A stretch of 63,034 nucleotides of DNA, the filler included, from Elsinoe ampelina (Eukaryota): the NCBI GenBank assembly GCA_010093995.1. It is 3 parts of 3 records of this genome, joined end to end, with 100 filler letters (N's around TTAATTAATTAA, not from the genome) between each part and the next. Parts side by side here need not be neighbours in the genome. Positions count along the whole stretch, not along the records: positions 31,944 to 56,181 come from ML992552.1; positions 56,282 to 63,034 come from ML992582.1; 1 more part is not named here. One strand, given 5' to 3'. Below, in pieces: positions 50,756-63,034 of the stretch; position 1 is the first letter of the stretch, and the number at the start of each line of letters is the position of its first letter. The notes under the pieces are model-generated. The model had not been told where the DNA came from, did no database searches, and saw only the letters and a program-made list of their open reading frames with translations. Position numbers and translations under genes: made by a program.

Positions 50756-51092
50756 GTCGTCCAGGTTGCTGAGAACCTCGTTGTGGCGGTTGCGAAGGTG
50801 GTGGAGGTGGAAGTCGAGTCCAGGGAATTGTGTGAGTCCCGACGCCGGGAAGTGGCGAAATTTTTACTAGCGCTATGCGCCCGTTTGCACTCTCTCAAGT
50901 GGTGATTGGCCGCACACTCATGCGTCGCCGTGGCTCTGCGATCACTTGTGGTGTTTTTGATCCAGGACTCCTCGGGCTTGATCATCCAGACGCCAGGGAT
51001 GGAAACCACCTTGACAGCATGCTTCATAGTCCCGCAGAAGCCTGCGGACTCATGGGGTCAGTATCGGATCAGCCGTACATGCGAAATGTCAT

Positions 51093-51968
51093 CTAGGAGG
51101 ACCGCCTGGCTTTCGCTATAAAGCCCGTCCTCTCAACCCGCTTGCCGCCCATCTCGATAACAAGAGGCTTCTCCATAGTGGCGAACCCAAAGTCGACCAG
51201 TCCAGCTTGTGAGTAGAGCTTTTCCATCGTACTCTGACTGAATCCGTCATGATGGATGGTGTGTTGAGGCTCACTTGATTGAGCAGACCCATGGCCGTGC
51301 TTGTGCCCATGACCGTGGTGATGGTGATGGTAGTGATGGCCAGCCCCTTCCTCGGCTTTGTACTGTGGATCCTCGTCAGACGGCAGCCAGTCCAGTATGG
51401 CTATAAAACCTCCCGGCTTGAGGCGAGACGACAAACGTTTGATTGTGAGTTCTGGATCCTCGAAGTGGTGGAAGCCGAAGCCGACAAAGGCGATGTCAAA
51501 GTTATGTGCCTCTTTATCAAGCTCGCCAGTCAGACCTTGTTCGCTAAGGAGATTGCCGACTACTGCGTGTGCATTTGGAACGCCGGCTTCGGACATACGG
51601 GCATTGTAGATGTCGACCATACCATCCGAGATGTCGATTCCAAGGGCGCTGGTGATGTGGTCTTTCAAAGCCTGGATGGTCAGCGCGATCCACAGATACC
51701 ATCGACATGCATACCAATGTGATTTTGCCAGTACCGCAAGCGTAGTCGAGCAAAGACACTCCACCATCCTTTGGTGGCAAGTCCAGCAGGCCGTTGCTGA
51801 CGCTGTCCTGGATGAAGGCGGTCACTTGCTTGAACAGCTCTTTCTGCCAATCTCCAGTATCATATTGGGATGCATATTTACTATAAGCTGTTAGCACTTC
51901 ACCACTGATGCGAGCTCGAGTGTCTTTTACTTCCAGAGCTTTCTGGTGCTCTCTGCGAGGTCGGTCAT
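51093..51968 (-). CDS. Class I SAM-dependent methyltransferase, 3 exons
   Basis: LLDYACGTG motif I, GIDIS, FDIAFVGFGFHHF, LKPGG; His-rich insert; ATG at 51968. Confidence 0.88.
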
Positions 51969-53000
51969 GGCTCTTTTGGCGGGATCGTCAGGAAGCAAGT
52001 GGTCTTGATTGTGCTAGCGAGGCTTTGGAGGCAGGCTGGAGATAACGTTGAGGCTGTCCATCATTCGAAGGGCATGCACTGGAGATATATGTCCTGGTCA
52101 GATCTCGAGGTCTCTATAATGTCGCCGAACACGAAAGGTTCCGGGGAGCAAAAGTGTCCGGATGTCGGAGACAAACACAGAGGCAGCAGCCCCGCACGAC
52201 GACGACACGCCTGATATTGTTCTTCTGTAGCCATCTCTTCCGCTTCATCCCCCTCAAGGACATCATCATCCGCAGGACATCTAGGCAGCCTCATGAACCA
52301 GTCAGGCCACTGTGCCGAGCCTCCCACCACTGTCGCCTTGACTCCAGCTTCTTCGCCGCTGCGTTTCCTCCCTGTGTACCCGGATCAGGTCTATAGAAAC
52401 ACGCACGATGAGCTCATGTACAAAGCAAGTGCCCATCAGGCGTACACACCGGCCGACAACATTGTCCGTCTCCGAAAGCAGGTCCGCGGCGTACTCGATG
52501 CCTCTTGCACTGTCGAGATCCACGTAAACGGCCAATGGAGGTCCGAATAGGTTTGATTTGATCAAGTGTAGGCTTCAATCCAAAATTTCTCCTTACCGTC
52601 TCGCCACTTGGATCTACTTTCCGATCAGGCTACTCCCAGCGACACCCGTCGCAAAGTCATTGTAATTGCCCGCGGCTCAAAACACAGCGGGTGCGGCTCT
52701 AGATTCTGCGTCTTGCGGCGACGGATCAAGCTCATTCAGAAAACGTCCCGTGTGCGAACGGTTTCGCGAAGCCAACGAAATGAACAACCTCGTATTGCTA
52801 TATTTTTAGGCCGTGTTTGCAATCTGAAAACTGTCACAGGAAAGTATCCGCGGGAATACACAGAATGGAGGGGACATAAAGACTGGAGAGCAGACCTGCA
52901 GATTGAATCATCATCAGTCTTCAACACTCCTTCAACACACTCCTTCAAACACATTCGCTTCAATCACTCCACCAACTCAATCAACACCAACTCAATCATC

Positions 53001-53582
53001 ATGCAATTCACCATCGCCGCCCTTGCCCTCGTCGGCGCCGTCGCCGCCCAGAACAACACCGCCAACGCCGGCAGCGCCTTCGCCCCAGGCTACACCCAGT
53101 CCTGCCAGGGTTACTACGATGAGTGCTCCCGCTTGTCTGGCCGCTGCCAATCCGGTCTCGATGACTGCAGCGCCAAATGCGAGGTCATCTACAACGGCTG
53201 CCGCACCGGACCGAACGCCAACCAGGCTACCTGCGTCGCATCATACGCAACCTGCTTGGGCAAGCTTCCCGCTGGTGTGAATGCTGCTACTGGCACAACC
53301 ACCGCCGCCATGGTCACTGCTGTCGTACAGACCTTGACCGTCGACTGCCCTTACGCCACTTCCGTCACCTACAATGGGCAGGTCTACGTCGCTAGCTCTT
53401 CTACAAAGCTGACCATCACCAACTGCCCGTGCACCGTCACTACCCCGGCGGTCGCTGTCCCGACTGGCGCGAACAATGTCACATCCTCGCCTACTCCAGT
53501 GCCATACAAGGGTGCTGCTAACAAGGCCGTTGCTGGGTCTGGTCTGCTCGCTGGTGTTGCCGGTCTTGCTGTGCTTCTCTAG
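53001..53582 (+). CDS. Secreted, probably GPI-anchored cell-wall protein with Cys-rich N-domain and a Sed1/Ccw12/CCG-6-type repeat
   Basis: Signal MQFTIAALALVGAVAA; 8-Cys region; TLTVDCP..TYNGQVY..TKLTITNCPCT repeat; hydrophobic C-tail GAANKAVAGSGLLAGVAGLAVLL. Confidence 0.85.
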   Translation: MQFTIAALALVGAVAAQNNTANAGSAFAPGYTQSCQGYYDECSRLSGRCQSGLDDCSAKCEVIYNGCRTGPNANQATCVASYATCLGKLPAGVNAATGTTTAAMVTAVVQTLTVDCPYATSVTYNGQVYVASSSTKLTITNCPCTVTTPAVAVPTGANNVTSSPTPVPYKGAANKAVAGSGLLAGVAGLAVLL

Positions 53583-54156
53583 TCGGCTGAAGGTCTTTCT
53601 GTACATACTTTGCTGGTTTTGTTTGGGAATTTGATCTGGTTTTCTGTTATAATACATTTTTTAATGACTATTTCTATTCTTACCTGCCCGTCTGATCATA
53701 TCGCTGCAGCTCCGCTGATGTACTTCTCAAAGACTTTGACTGATTTCCCGGACACAGCAAGGCTTACAGAATTGACACATCAGTATGGGTGGAGGTGCCC
53801 CGAGAAAGCTGCGGGCTCTGCATAAGCCAATAGATTGCCAAACAGGATCTGACCAGCAACAGGCACCTCTCGTAAAGTCATCTCCATTGCAGCGGTTTGG
53901 CCATGAACAGTCCATGGAGCTCTCCGTTAACACCTATTCGTCGGCATACAGATCCGGTCTGCGACAACATAAGCAGATGGGAAGCCCGTGAAGAATGATC
54001 CGAGGTTGAGCGAGTCCAGGATGAGGCACTAAAGCTCGATCACCAGGTCATGGTAAGGTGAGATAAGCGAGTGGACGCTGCAAGAGGCTTGTCCCTTCTT
54101 ACCATTCCCAGCGAGCAGCGTTGATGCCGCCGTATGAATCTGACTATCTACCTAGC

Positions 54157-55386
54157 TCATGATTCCACTCCATCCGCCACACGCACGGCGATCATCGTCC
54201 CTTTCCTACACTCGAGCTTCCAGCCCGGCCAGTCAGAGTTGACGTCCAGCGTCATTGGGCAGCATAGAGTGACCTTCTCCAGCTTCTCGAACCTGGGATC
54301 TACCATTAGACTGCGCACCTGATCAAGCTGATAGTCCTGGACATGCGCCTCCCCCCACTTCAGCTCCAGAGTGATAAGGGTAGTCGGCAGTTTCTCTGCT
54401 AGCCAGCGAGCTCGAGTGTGCTCATCTTCATCCGCAAATATTGCGACCGCCGGGAGAATGAGAGTCTTCAGGGTGAGATCTTTGAGGGAACCCAGATGAC
54501 CCTCCGTCTCGACGCCGCCCTCAGCCTGGGCGTCATCAAGGCTGAAGCGGTCCAGGTTGTGTTTCTGGGTGGTGAGGACTTCCCCCAGCCGTGTATAGTT
54601 GATGTCGCACTCGTAGTCCACACTAGCGTCCCCAAACTCGATATCGAGCTCACGTAATGACGGGCAATTCTCGAAGATGCTCTGCAGACCGACCGCGTTG
54701 ATGACGGAATATCCCAGTGTCATCTCCCGCACAGTGCTCGCCTGCGCGAGGAGGGCATCTTCCCGACAGTGCAGCATGTGGCCCTCGAATCTCCGCAACG
54801 TTGGTGAGGAGAGGAGGGGACTGATACTGGACATGGCAAACGAATTCTCAGTATCTGAGTATGAAGCGACAAGTCTGTCCAGAGATTGCGGTGGGAGGTG
54901 TGACAGCACTGCATGGCAGGTCGAGTCTGCAAAATTGTATGCGACCTGCATTCCGATGAATGTAATGTTCCTGCACATGCACATAAGCAACGCAAGCCCA
55001 CCATCTTCGGTACCTGCTCGAAGGCCAGTCTGTAGCATCAGATTGACATTGTCCGGCAGTTGGAACAGGGATGCTGCCTGGGTGAGTGTCGGGGAGGGGC
55101 TGTCGCAATATTGAATGTTGTTGTCTGTGAAGGGATCGTTGTCTGGTCGAAAGCGATTCAGGAAGAGCGTCCGCATGCTTGAACGAAGATCCGGCCGCGC
55201 GACGAGCGTTCGGAGCAGCGCGTACAGTGTAACGACATTGGAATGGTTGTACACGCTATACAACTCGGGCTGCGCATGTCTGCGGTATACTTGGCTCGTA
55301 AGAGACAGCGCAAGAAGCGAGTCGTTTCGCTTGTGTAGAGGTAGCGTACGAACGACTTGTCGAATAATCTCCTCGGGTAGATACAT
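54157..55386 (-). CDS. F-box/LRR-like protein
   Basis: N-terminal LPEEIIRQVV..LALSLTSQVYRRHAQPELYS F-box-like motif; LRR-like repeats (CPSLRELDI, LGSLKDLTLKTL). Confidence 0.7.
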   Translation of the reverse strand: MYLPEEIIRQVVRTLPLHKRNDSLLALSLTSQVYRRHAQPELYSVYNHSNVVTLYALLRTLVARPDLRSSMRTLFLNRFRPDNDPFTDNNIQYCDSPSPTLTQAASLFQLPDNVNLMLQTGLRAGTEDGGLALLMCMCRNITFIGMQVAYNFADSTCHAVLSHLPPQSLDRLVASYSDTENSFAMSSISPLLSSPTLRRFEGHMLHCREDALLAQASTVREMTLGYSVINAVGLQSIFENCPSLRELDIEFGDASVDYECDINYTRLGEVLTTQKHNLDRFSLDDAQAEGGVETEGHLGSLKDLTLKTLILPAVAIFADEDEHTRARWLAEKLPTTLITLELKWGEAHVQDYQLDQVRSLMVDPRFEKLEKVTLCCPMTLDVNSDWPGWKLECRKGTMIAVRVADGVES

Positions 55387-55497
55387 CGAAAGAGTGTCTC
55401 TCGTATACTTATAGAGAAGAGAGTAAGGATACTCGAGAGAAGAAGAGATACTTAAGAGAAGAATGATGCGAGATAGATACGAACTGGATTCAGTTTA

Positions 55498-56181
55498 TAT
55501 TAACTTATTTATAGGGAGAAAAGAGATTTATTACTGCCTAACCTACTAAACTAAGGTAGACTATAACTACATAAATACTTAACCTAATAAACTAAGAGAT
55601 AACTAAATTAATAGAACTCCTAAATAATAATAGATTAAGATAATAACTATCTAATTTAATTATAAATTAGTAGAGTAGTAGATAAGTGTTTAGTTTAGCT
55701 AGGGGATAAACTAAATTAGAGTCCTTCTTAGTACTCTAGCTTATACTTTAGTTAATATACCTCTTTACTAAATAGCTATAAAGCTATTATAGCTAGTTAG
55801 TAGACTACTAACTTAAGGAATAGCTACTATAAGAAGGTCTTATATCTTCTAGGTAGTAATAATTTAGTAAAGCTATTAGCTAAAGTGTCTACTAATAGTA
55901 TCTATATAACTAAGATAGAACTAGAGAGATTTTTAGCTTAGTTAATTTCTTATTTTAGCTAGTAATAGTATATATTAATATAATAAAGATATATATTAAG
56001 CTTCTTAATTAGACTAGTAATAAGGCTAATTATTTACTAATTATTATACTAAATACTAACTTACTTAAGGAGATAAATAGAGGCTATTAGCCTTCTCTAG
56101 ATACTATATATCTTAGGAGAAAGAGTATATTCTAATAGTTTTACTAGAGTAGAGTTAGAGTATTTTTCTAGATTCTAATAG
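55498..56181 (-). mobile_element. Copia family B 3' end (260-bp LTR 55498-55757 plus RNase H relic), RIP-degenerate
   Basis: LTR homologous to 57046-57305; minus frame I*YNN**II..YINIYYY*LK*E..LANSFTK corresponds to Copia RNase H (CDN, HIDI, ADGFTK). Confidence 0.8.
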
Positions 56182-56281
56182 NNNNNNNNNNNNNNNNNNN
56201 NNNNNNNNNNNNNNNNNNNNNNNNNTTAATTAATTAANNNNNNNNNNNNNNNNNNNNNNNNNNNNNNNNNNNNNNNNNNNN
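56182..56281. other. Artificial scaffold-joining linker
   Basis: 44 N + TTAATTAATTAA + 44 N. Confidence 0.9.
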
Positions 56282-57305
56282 TTAATAAGATATTTATTAG
56301 CAAATGCTAGTTTAGTCCTTAAGATAGAGAGTAAGAAGTCTCTCTATAGCCTTAAGCCTTAAGCTTCTAGTAGGTTATAATTCCTAGCCTTGTCTATAAC
56401 CTCTTCCTATTACTAAAGCTAATAGTCTATATTCTATAATAATAGACTAGAGAGTTGTCTCCTCTAGAGAGCTTTAACTTCTAGCTAGATTATAGCATTA
56501 GATAGTGCAAATCTGTTCTTTAATGCTCTAAGGATAGCCTATAGATAGGGATCTCCCTCTAGTTAGATAACTATAAGAACTTATAGTGCAATTAATAACT
56601 AAATAAGGCTAGCTAGATCTGCTAAGGCCTTATGCTATTTGTTATACTAAGCTTACTCCTTCTTGTATATCTAGAAGAGTGCTAAGAAGTTAGAATCTAA
56701 TACATCTAGCCTCTAAGGCTTAGGGAGCCCTTCTAGCTTAACTGTCTTCTAGGGATTAACAATGTACTAGATCTTAGTGTTTGAAGCTCTAGTCTTAATA
56801 ATATATAGCTAGCTAGCCTATTTAGCTAATATAGCAAGAATAATAGGTGTTCTAGCTATTAATGTGTTAGTATCTATAGTTGTTTATCTCTTTATTAACA
56901 CCTAAATTCTGTAGTTGTAGTTAAGGCAGTTCTTGACAGATTCTAATACTTAAAAAGTAAGATAATAGAGAATTAACTAATAGATAGAATAGGAAGACAA
57001 CTAAATACACTACTTGTGTAGGGGTAGTTATACTAGGCTTATAACTATTAACTTGTATATAGGGAGGGAAAGAGATTTATTACTGCCTAATCCACTAAGG
57101 TTAGGTGGATTCTCACTATATAAATACTTAACCTAATAAACTAAGAGATAACTAAATTGACAGAACTTCTAAGTTTTAATAGAATAAGACAATAACTGTC
57201 TAAATTGATCATAAATTGGTGTAACCGTTGATGAGTGCTCAGTTTAGCCTTGGGTGCACTGAATCAGGGTCCTTCTTGGCACCACAGCTCTTGCCGAGGT
57301 TGACA
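56282..57305 (-). mobile_element. Copia family B 5' end (LTR 57046-57305, PBS, gag relic)
   Basis: Reverse complement of 62062-63034; LTR terminus ...GTTGACA at 57305; PBS reverse complement GGCTTATAAC at 57036-57045. Confidence 0.85.
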
Positions 57306-57571
57306 CCACACGTACGTCACGCCACATGCTCACCAGCCACAGCTCAGGAGGGGCACGAGATCACTTACGGCAAAGGGACGCGAGGGGGAGAACCCCTTGG
57401 CCCTGAGACAAAGTTCCATGAGTGAGAGCTTTGATCATCATCGGTCAACTCCGCCGTTGTCTATCTGCCTCCAACAGCTATCAATCCGAGTCTGGTCGAG
57501 TCAATTGAGCTCTTTCAACATACAAGCTATTGACAGACTCGGTGCGAGCACAGCTTTGCCTCGCCGTCAAG

Positions 57572-58398
<827 letters not shown>

Positions 58399-58563
58399 AA
58401 GGACACCAAATGAAGACGACAGAAGCCACCGCGCTGAATGTGATCTTGTGCCTGACAAGCTTCAAATCGCAGTGTTGGCTCAGCTCCTACCGACCTCGTG
58501 ACCGGTGCGTTTCTGCCGTCCTCGTCGCGCTCATGACTGTCGTGGTCTCGTGTCCTGCTTGCT

Positions 58564-59009
58564 CTACTCGTCACCGTATTCTGCCTCCGCATCCCCCTCG
58601 TCATCCTCGATGAAGCCATCGTCTTCAGCCGTCCTCTTTTCTCCTGGTGCCGCTCTTTGCGCTGGCGCCGGTCCCCCACGAGCTGGCGCAGGTCTGCTCG
58701 TTCCTGATGCAGCTTCCTTCGCGACAGCATCGCAAGCATCAATCCAGTCCGAGTACACATCAATTGGCGCGCTTAGGTAGTTGATTCCAGTCTGATATGA
58801 TTGACCGCATACTTTGCACGTCAATTCGCCCGTACTAGTCTTCTTGTCGAGCTTGACAGTGACCGAGTTTTCATGGTTGCAGAAGAGGCATTGGAATGTG
58901 CTTGCCAGGCCTTCGCGCTTCTTCTTTCCCTCGGGTTTTGCCGCTGATTTGCGTTTGCCCTGATCTGTCAGATTCGTCGCAGGTGTGAGAAGGTGGGTAT
59001 ATCTACCAT
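58564..59009 (-). CDS. ELF1: Transcription elongation factor Elf1 (zinc ribbon), 2 exons
   Basis: ATG at 59009, intron, then [41 protein letters not shown]. Confidence 0.95.
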
Positions 59010-59808
59010 AATATCGTGAGCCGAAGAAGGACTGCTGTGGAATGGCTCGAAGCGAGTGTGATGAAATCAGAGATGCGCAAAGCAAGGAGACGGAGAAGTT
59101 GCGACACGCGTGCGCTCACACTGCTGCACAAGCATGACTCGGGGGCCGGAATGCAAAGCCACATCTCACCCTGCAGAGTTCGTTGTCGGCGCGTTCCGAT
59201 GTGGCGCAACCATGTCTATTTGCTAATGCTTGATGGACATGTCTCCGGACAAGTGATCATACTGATGCAATATGTACATGAGATACTTAGTAAGACTCCT
59301 GTCAGGGGCTTGAAGTTCTCCCGCACATATCCAGCGATGATTACTTGAATTCTATACCAGTATAACCCCTCCAGCTGCAGGAACACAAGTGTGGCTGAGA
59401 GCTTAGCTTATCGCGCTTGACCCAGCCGTTGAAACGAGCTCGCCCACTTGAGTACAAAAGACAATTGAACGACTTGCGGTGAGACATATCGTGCCCAGGT
59501 ATCTTCTCGGTTTCTTCGTTGAAATCGATTGTCTTCCTTACTCCTCAAATTATCAAGAACCGCTTTCACATCGATCCTGGCTTGCTTCTCAAGGCTGCCT
59601 ACCCCCTTCACCTTTCCCTTTCTGTTCTGTCCACAAGTATAGCAGGGATCTGGCGGAAGGTTATAACTACGACCACACCGACGTAAGAGCTCATCTTACC
59701 GGGACCATAAGCTCTGATTGACATACCATAGGCAGCATTCCACTTGGCCATCCGCAGCACCCCTTGGAACCACTCGAGTGAAGCGACTTCGGGCCCCAAG
59801 TCGTCAAC

Positions 59809-61535
59809 ATGTCCGATTCTGCGATTCTGCAAGAGATTCTTGCCAATCTGAAGAACCTCCAACAAGAGAACTCACATCTCGCCGCTGCTGTAGATGCCAT
59901 CAACGGTCGCGTCAATGTCCTTGCTGGTGTCAAGCAGGTATCAAATGGTACCACACCCAACAGCACCAATGGCGCTCAATCGACTGCGAAGCCCCCAGTC
60001 CTCCAAGAAGAGCGTAAGCCTTCTGAAGAGTCGGTTCCGCAATCTACTTCGCCTCCTCCATCTCAAGCACGTCGCTCCAGCTTGACCTCCAAGATCATCC
60101 TCACCTCCTATCCAGGTCAAGCTGGTGTAGACCCTCTTCCAATGAAATGGGGCGCGAGTGATGCCGCCGAGCGTGGCCCGGTCGTTGTTGGGCGCCAACC
60201 TGCCACGGTCCGCCGCCGCAATGCGATCGGTGCTCACGGCGGCTCATACAGCATCTATCACGCTCTTGGTGTTGCCAGCCAGAAAGTGCCTCTCGATCAT
60301 AAGCCGGACTTCACGAATACGGAACCAGCGGTCAACATTGGTCCTTTCCCAGCTTGGTCCGACCCAAAGAAGATTGTCGCCATGGATCCCTTCGGACATC
60401 TGGCACCATGGCTCTACAAAGAGTACATAACGTCAGAAGGCATCGACATCCGTCCCACCATCGCTGTGACCAAGGCACATATGAAAATCCCTGAAATCGA
60501 GGAATCCGTTCGAAACGGCCGACTTGTACCTGACGGTAAGATCTGTCTCAACTCTCAAGGCGAGCTGGCAGTCACCAAATTCGCCGTCGAGCCTGTCTGG
60601 TATCTCCCTGGTGTCGCAGAACGTTTCGGCGTGGACGAGGGAACGCTGCGCCGAGCTTTGTTCGAGCAAACTGGCGGAAGTTTCCCGGAGCTCATCACGA
60701 GGAACGACATCAAGGTCTTCTTGCCTCCTATCGGTGGTCTCACCGTCTACTGCTTCGGAGACCCGGCCAAGATGAGCGATGCCAGCGTTCGTCTCGCCCT
60801 CCGGATCCACGACGAATGCAACGGATCCGACGTGTTCGGGTCCGACATTTGCACTTGCCGGCCTTACCTCATCTTTGGCATTGAGGAGGCAGTCAAGGAA
60901 GCACAGAATGGTGGCAGTGGTGTCGTCATCTACTTCCGGAAAGAGGGTCGGGCTCTTGGCGAAGTTACGAAATACTTGGTCTACAACGCCCGTAAGAGGG
61001 GTAGCGACAAGGCCAGCGAGTACTTCCAGCGGACAGAGGACGTTGCGGGAATCAAGGACCAGAGGTACTGTTAAGGACCAGGTATCAGGTGCCAAGTTTC
61101 TGACAAATCAAAGATATCAGGTGCTAGCTTCTGACATACTGCATTGGCTCGGAATCACGAAGATCGATAGGATGTTGAGCATGAGCAAGTAAGTTTAGGT
61201 GGCGAGGGCTCGAAGCACGTGACTGACGGGGGACAGCATGAAGCACGACGCGATTGTGGAAGCCGGCATCCCGATTCATGAGCGTGTGCCAATTCCAGAT
61301 GATATGATCCCGGAGGACAGCAGAGTAGAGATCGATGCTAAGATCCATGCCGGCTACTGTAGGTATCCACCTCCAGAAGCCGAACTCAAGACTAACCTCT
61401 TCACCAGTCACCACTGGCAAAGTCATGACCATGGCCGAACTGGACAGTGTCAAAGGTCGTGCTTGGGAGGATGTTGATGTATGTGCACACAGCTGACGTC
61501 GCTGAATGATGACTAATTTTGACTCACAGCATTAA
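59809..61535 (+). CDS. URC1: Urc1/Urg1 GTP cyclohydrolase II-like uracil-catabolism protein, 5 exons
   Basis: RNAIGAHGGSYSIY, RIHDECNGSDVFGSDICTCRPYL, YFRKEGRALGEVTKYLVYNARKR, LHWLGI.KID..SMSNMK, VEIDAKI.AGY; spliced stop TAA at 61533-61535. Confidence 0.92.
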
Positions 61536-62061
61536 TCCAGCTTTATAGCGTAACGCAGTCTCAAATACTATACCTCTGTTCCCATGTTAGGGTGTCACTC
61601 GCTGACGGTACGTTATGTGCTTGAGGGACTTGTCTCGTCTGGGCATTTGCGATGGAATGGTTGTTGACGATACTGGTTACGAGTATTGGGAAGATCGTGG
61701 GACGAGTGTCGTTGCGCCACTTGGCAGTCTTTCTGCGTGTGCTATTTCTTGGGAGTAGAGTAGGTACTTGTGCTGGGTGGGACGGAGCAGTCTACCGATC
61801 GGTCTGCACAACAAAGGTCAAGACTTGACGTCGCCAGATAGACCTCCCACACGTCGTCAAACGCCGATGATGTGCATGACACTCAAGCTGTTGCCAAATA
61901 GTCCAGCGCTCTGCAAGGTTGGCAAGCTCCATCACACAGGCGAGCCGCATCGCGATGACTGGTCATATGGTCGTGGTTGAGCGACAGCGAAGTCGAAGGT
62001 AGTCGTTATCAATCACATATGAGCTGTGAGCGCAGAAGTGTCGCGCATGACCTGAATAGTG

Positions 62062-63034
62062 TGTCAACCTCGGCAAGAGCTGTGGTGCCAAGAAGGACCC
62101 TGATTCAGTGCAACCAAGGTTGAACTGAGCACTTATCAACAGTTATACCAATTCATGATCAATTTAGACGGTTATTGTCTTATTCTGTTACTATTAAGGA
62201 GTTCTTCTAATTTAGCTATCTCTCAGTTTATTAGGTTAAGTATATATGTAGTTACAATCTACCTAATTTAGGTGGATTAGGCAGTAATAAATCTCTTTCC
62301 CTCCCTATATACAAGTCAACAGTTATAAGCCCGGTATAACTACCCCTATATAAGCATATTATTCAGTAGCTTCTCTACTCGATTTATTGGTTTATTCTCT
62401 ATTATCTTGCTTTTTAAGCACTAGAATCTATTAAGTACTACCTTATCTACTACTATAGGATTTAGGTGTTAACAAAGAGATAAATAACTATAGATACTAA
62501 TATACTAACAGCTAGAATACCTATTATTCTTGCTACATTAGCTGAATAGGCTAGCTAGCTATATATTATTAAGACTAGAGCTTTAAATACTAAGATCTAG
62601 CACCTTGTTAATCCTTAGAAGAGTATTAAGCCTAAAGGGCTCCCTAAGCCTTAGAGGCTAGATGTATTAGATCCTAACTTCTTAGCACTCTTCTAGATCT
62701 ATAAGGAGAAGCAAGCTTAGTATAACAAATAGTATAAGGCCTTAGCAGATCTAGCTAGCCTTATTTAGTTATTAATTACACTATAAGTTCTTATAGTTAT
62801 CTAACTAGAGAGAGATCCCTATCTATAGGCTATCCTTAGAGCATTAAAGAACAGATTTGCACTATCTAATACTATAATTTAGCTTAAGGTTAAAGCTCTC
62901 TAGAGGAGATAGCTCTCTAGTCTATTATTATAGAACATAGACTATTAGCTTTAGTAATAGAAAGAGGTTATAGACAAGGCTAGGAATTATAACCTACTAG
63001 AAGCTTAAGGCTTAAGGCTATAGAGAGACTTCTT
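62062..63034 (+). mobile_element. Copia family B 5' end (LTR 62062-62321, PBS, gag relic), running off the window end
   Basis: TGTCAAC...GTCAACA 260-bp LTR followed by GTTATAAGCCCGG (Copia-type PBS); increasingly RIP-altered inward. Confidence 0.85.

Noticed and set aside
52608..53000. N-terminal extension of the 324-aa ORF
   Set aside because: It starts at a non-ATG codon; the signal peptide begins at ATG 53001 after a typical C/A-rich 5' UTR.
55498..57305. Apparent 1.8-kb non-autonomous mini LTR element
   Set aside because: Split by the artificial linker; the LTRs differ noticeably and there is no TSD, so these are ends of separate contigs.

Overview
Filamentous-ascomycete genomic DNA (probably a Dothideomycete; short 45-55 nt introns). 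AT-rich repeat blocks with TpA excess typical of RIP (repeat-induced point mutation) lie at 1-16.5 kb, 31.2-36 kb, 55.5-57.3 kb and 62 kb-end, alternating with gene islands. Two artificial 44N-TTAATTAATTAA-44N linkers (31844-31943, 56182-56281) show the window is three joined pieces, so adjacency across them is unproven. Repeats: a complete 7.85-kb hAT transposon (23-bp TIRs, 8-bp TSD) nested in a Copia element, and two Copia LTR families (142-bp and 260-bp LTRs). Recognisable genes: AYR1-like and HSDL2-like SDRs, an SRPK-like kinase, SLD7, an ITT1/RNF14-like RBR ligase, an MFS transporter, a methyltransferase, a GPI wall protein, an F-box protein, FUR1/URC6, ELF1 and URC1/urg1. Highlights, mostly invisible in the ORF track: (1) the hAT element carries a RIP-destroyed, intron-containing histone H3-like gene with CenH3-like features; (2) a secreted PAN/Apple-domain mucin-like gene whose Thr-rich stalk is built from 15 consecutive symmetric phase-0 micro-exons; (3) a Cys-rich (DUF3716-like) antisense ORF in the Copia 3' region, diverged between copies; (4) three orphan proteins in the 36-55 kb island that appear to share an undescribed domain. 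All calls are from reading the sequence by eye; no searches were run.
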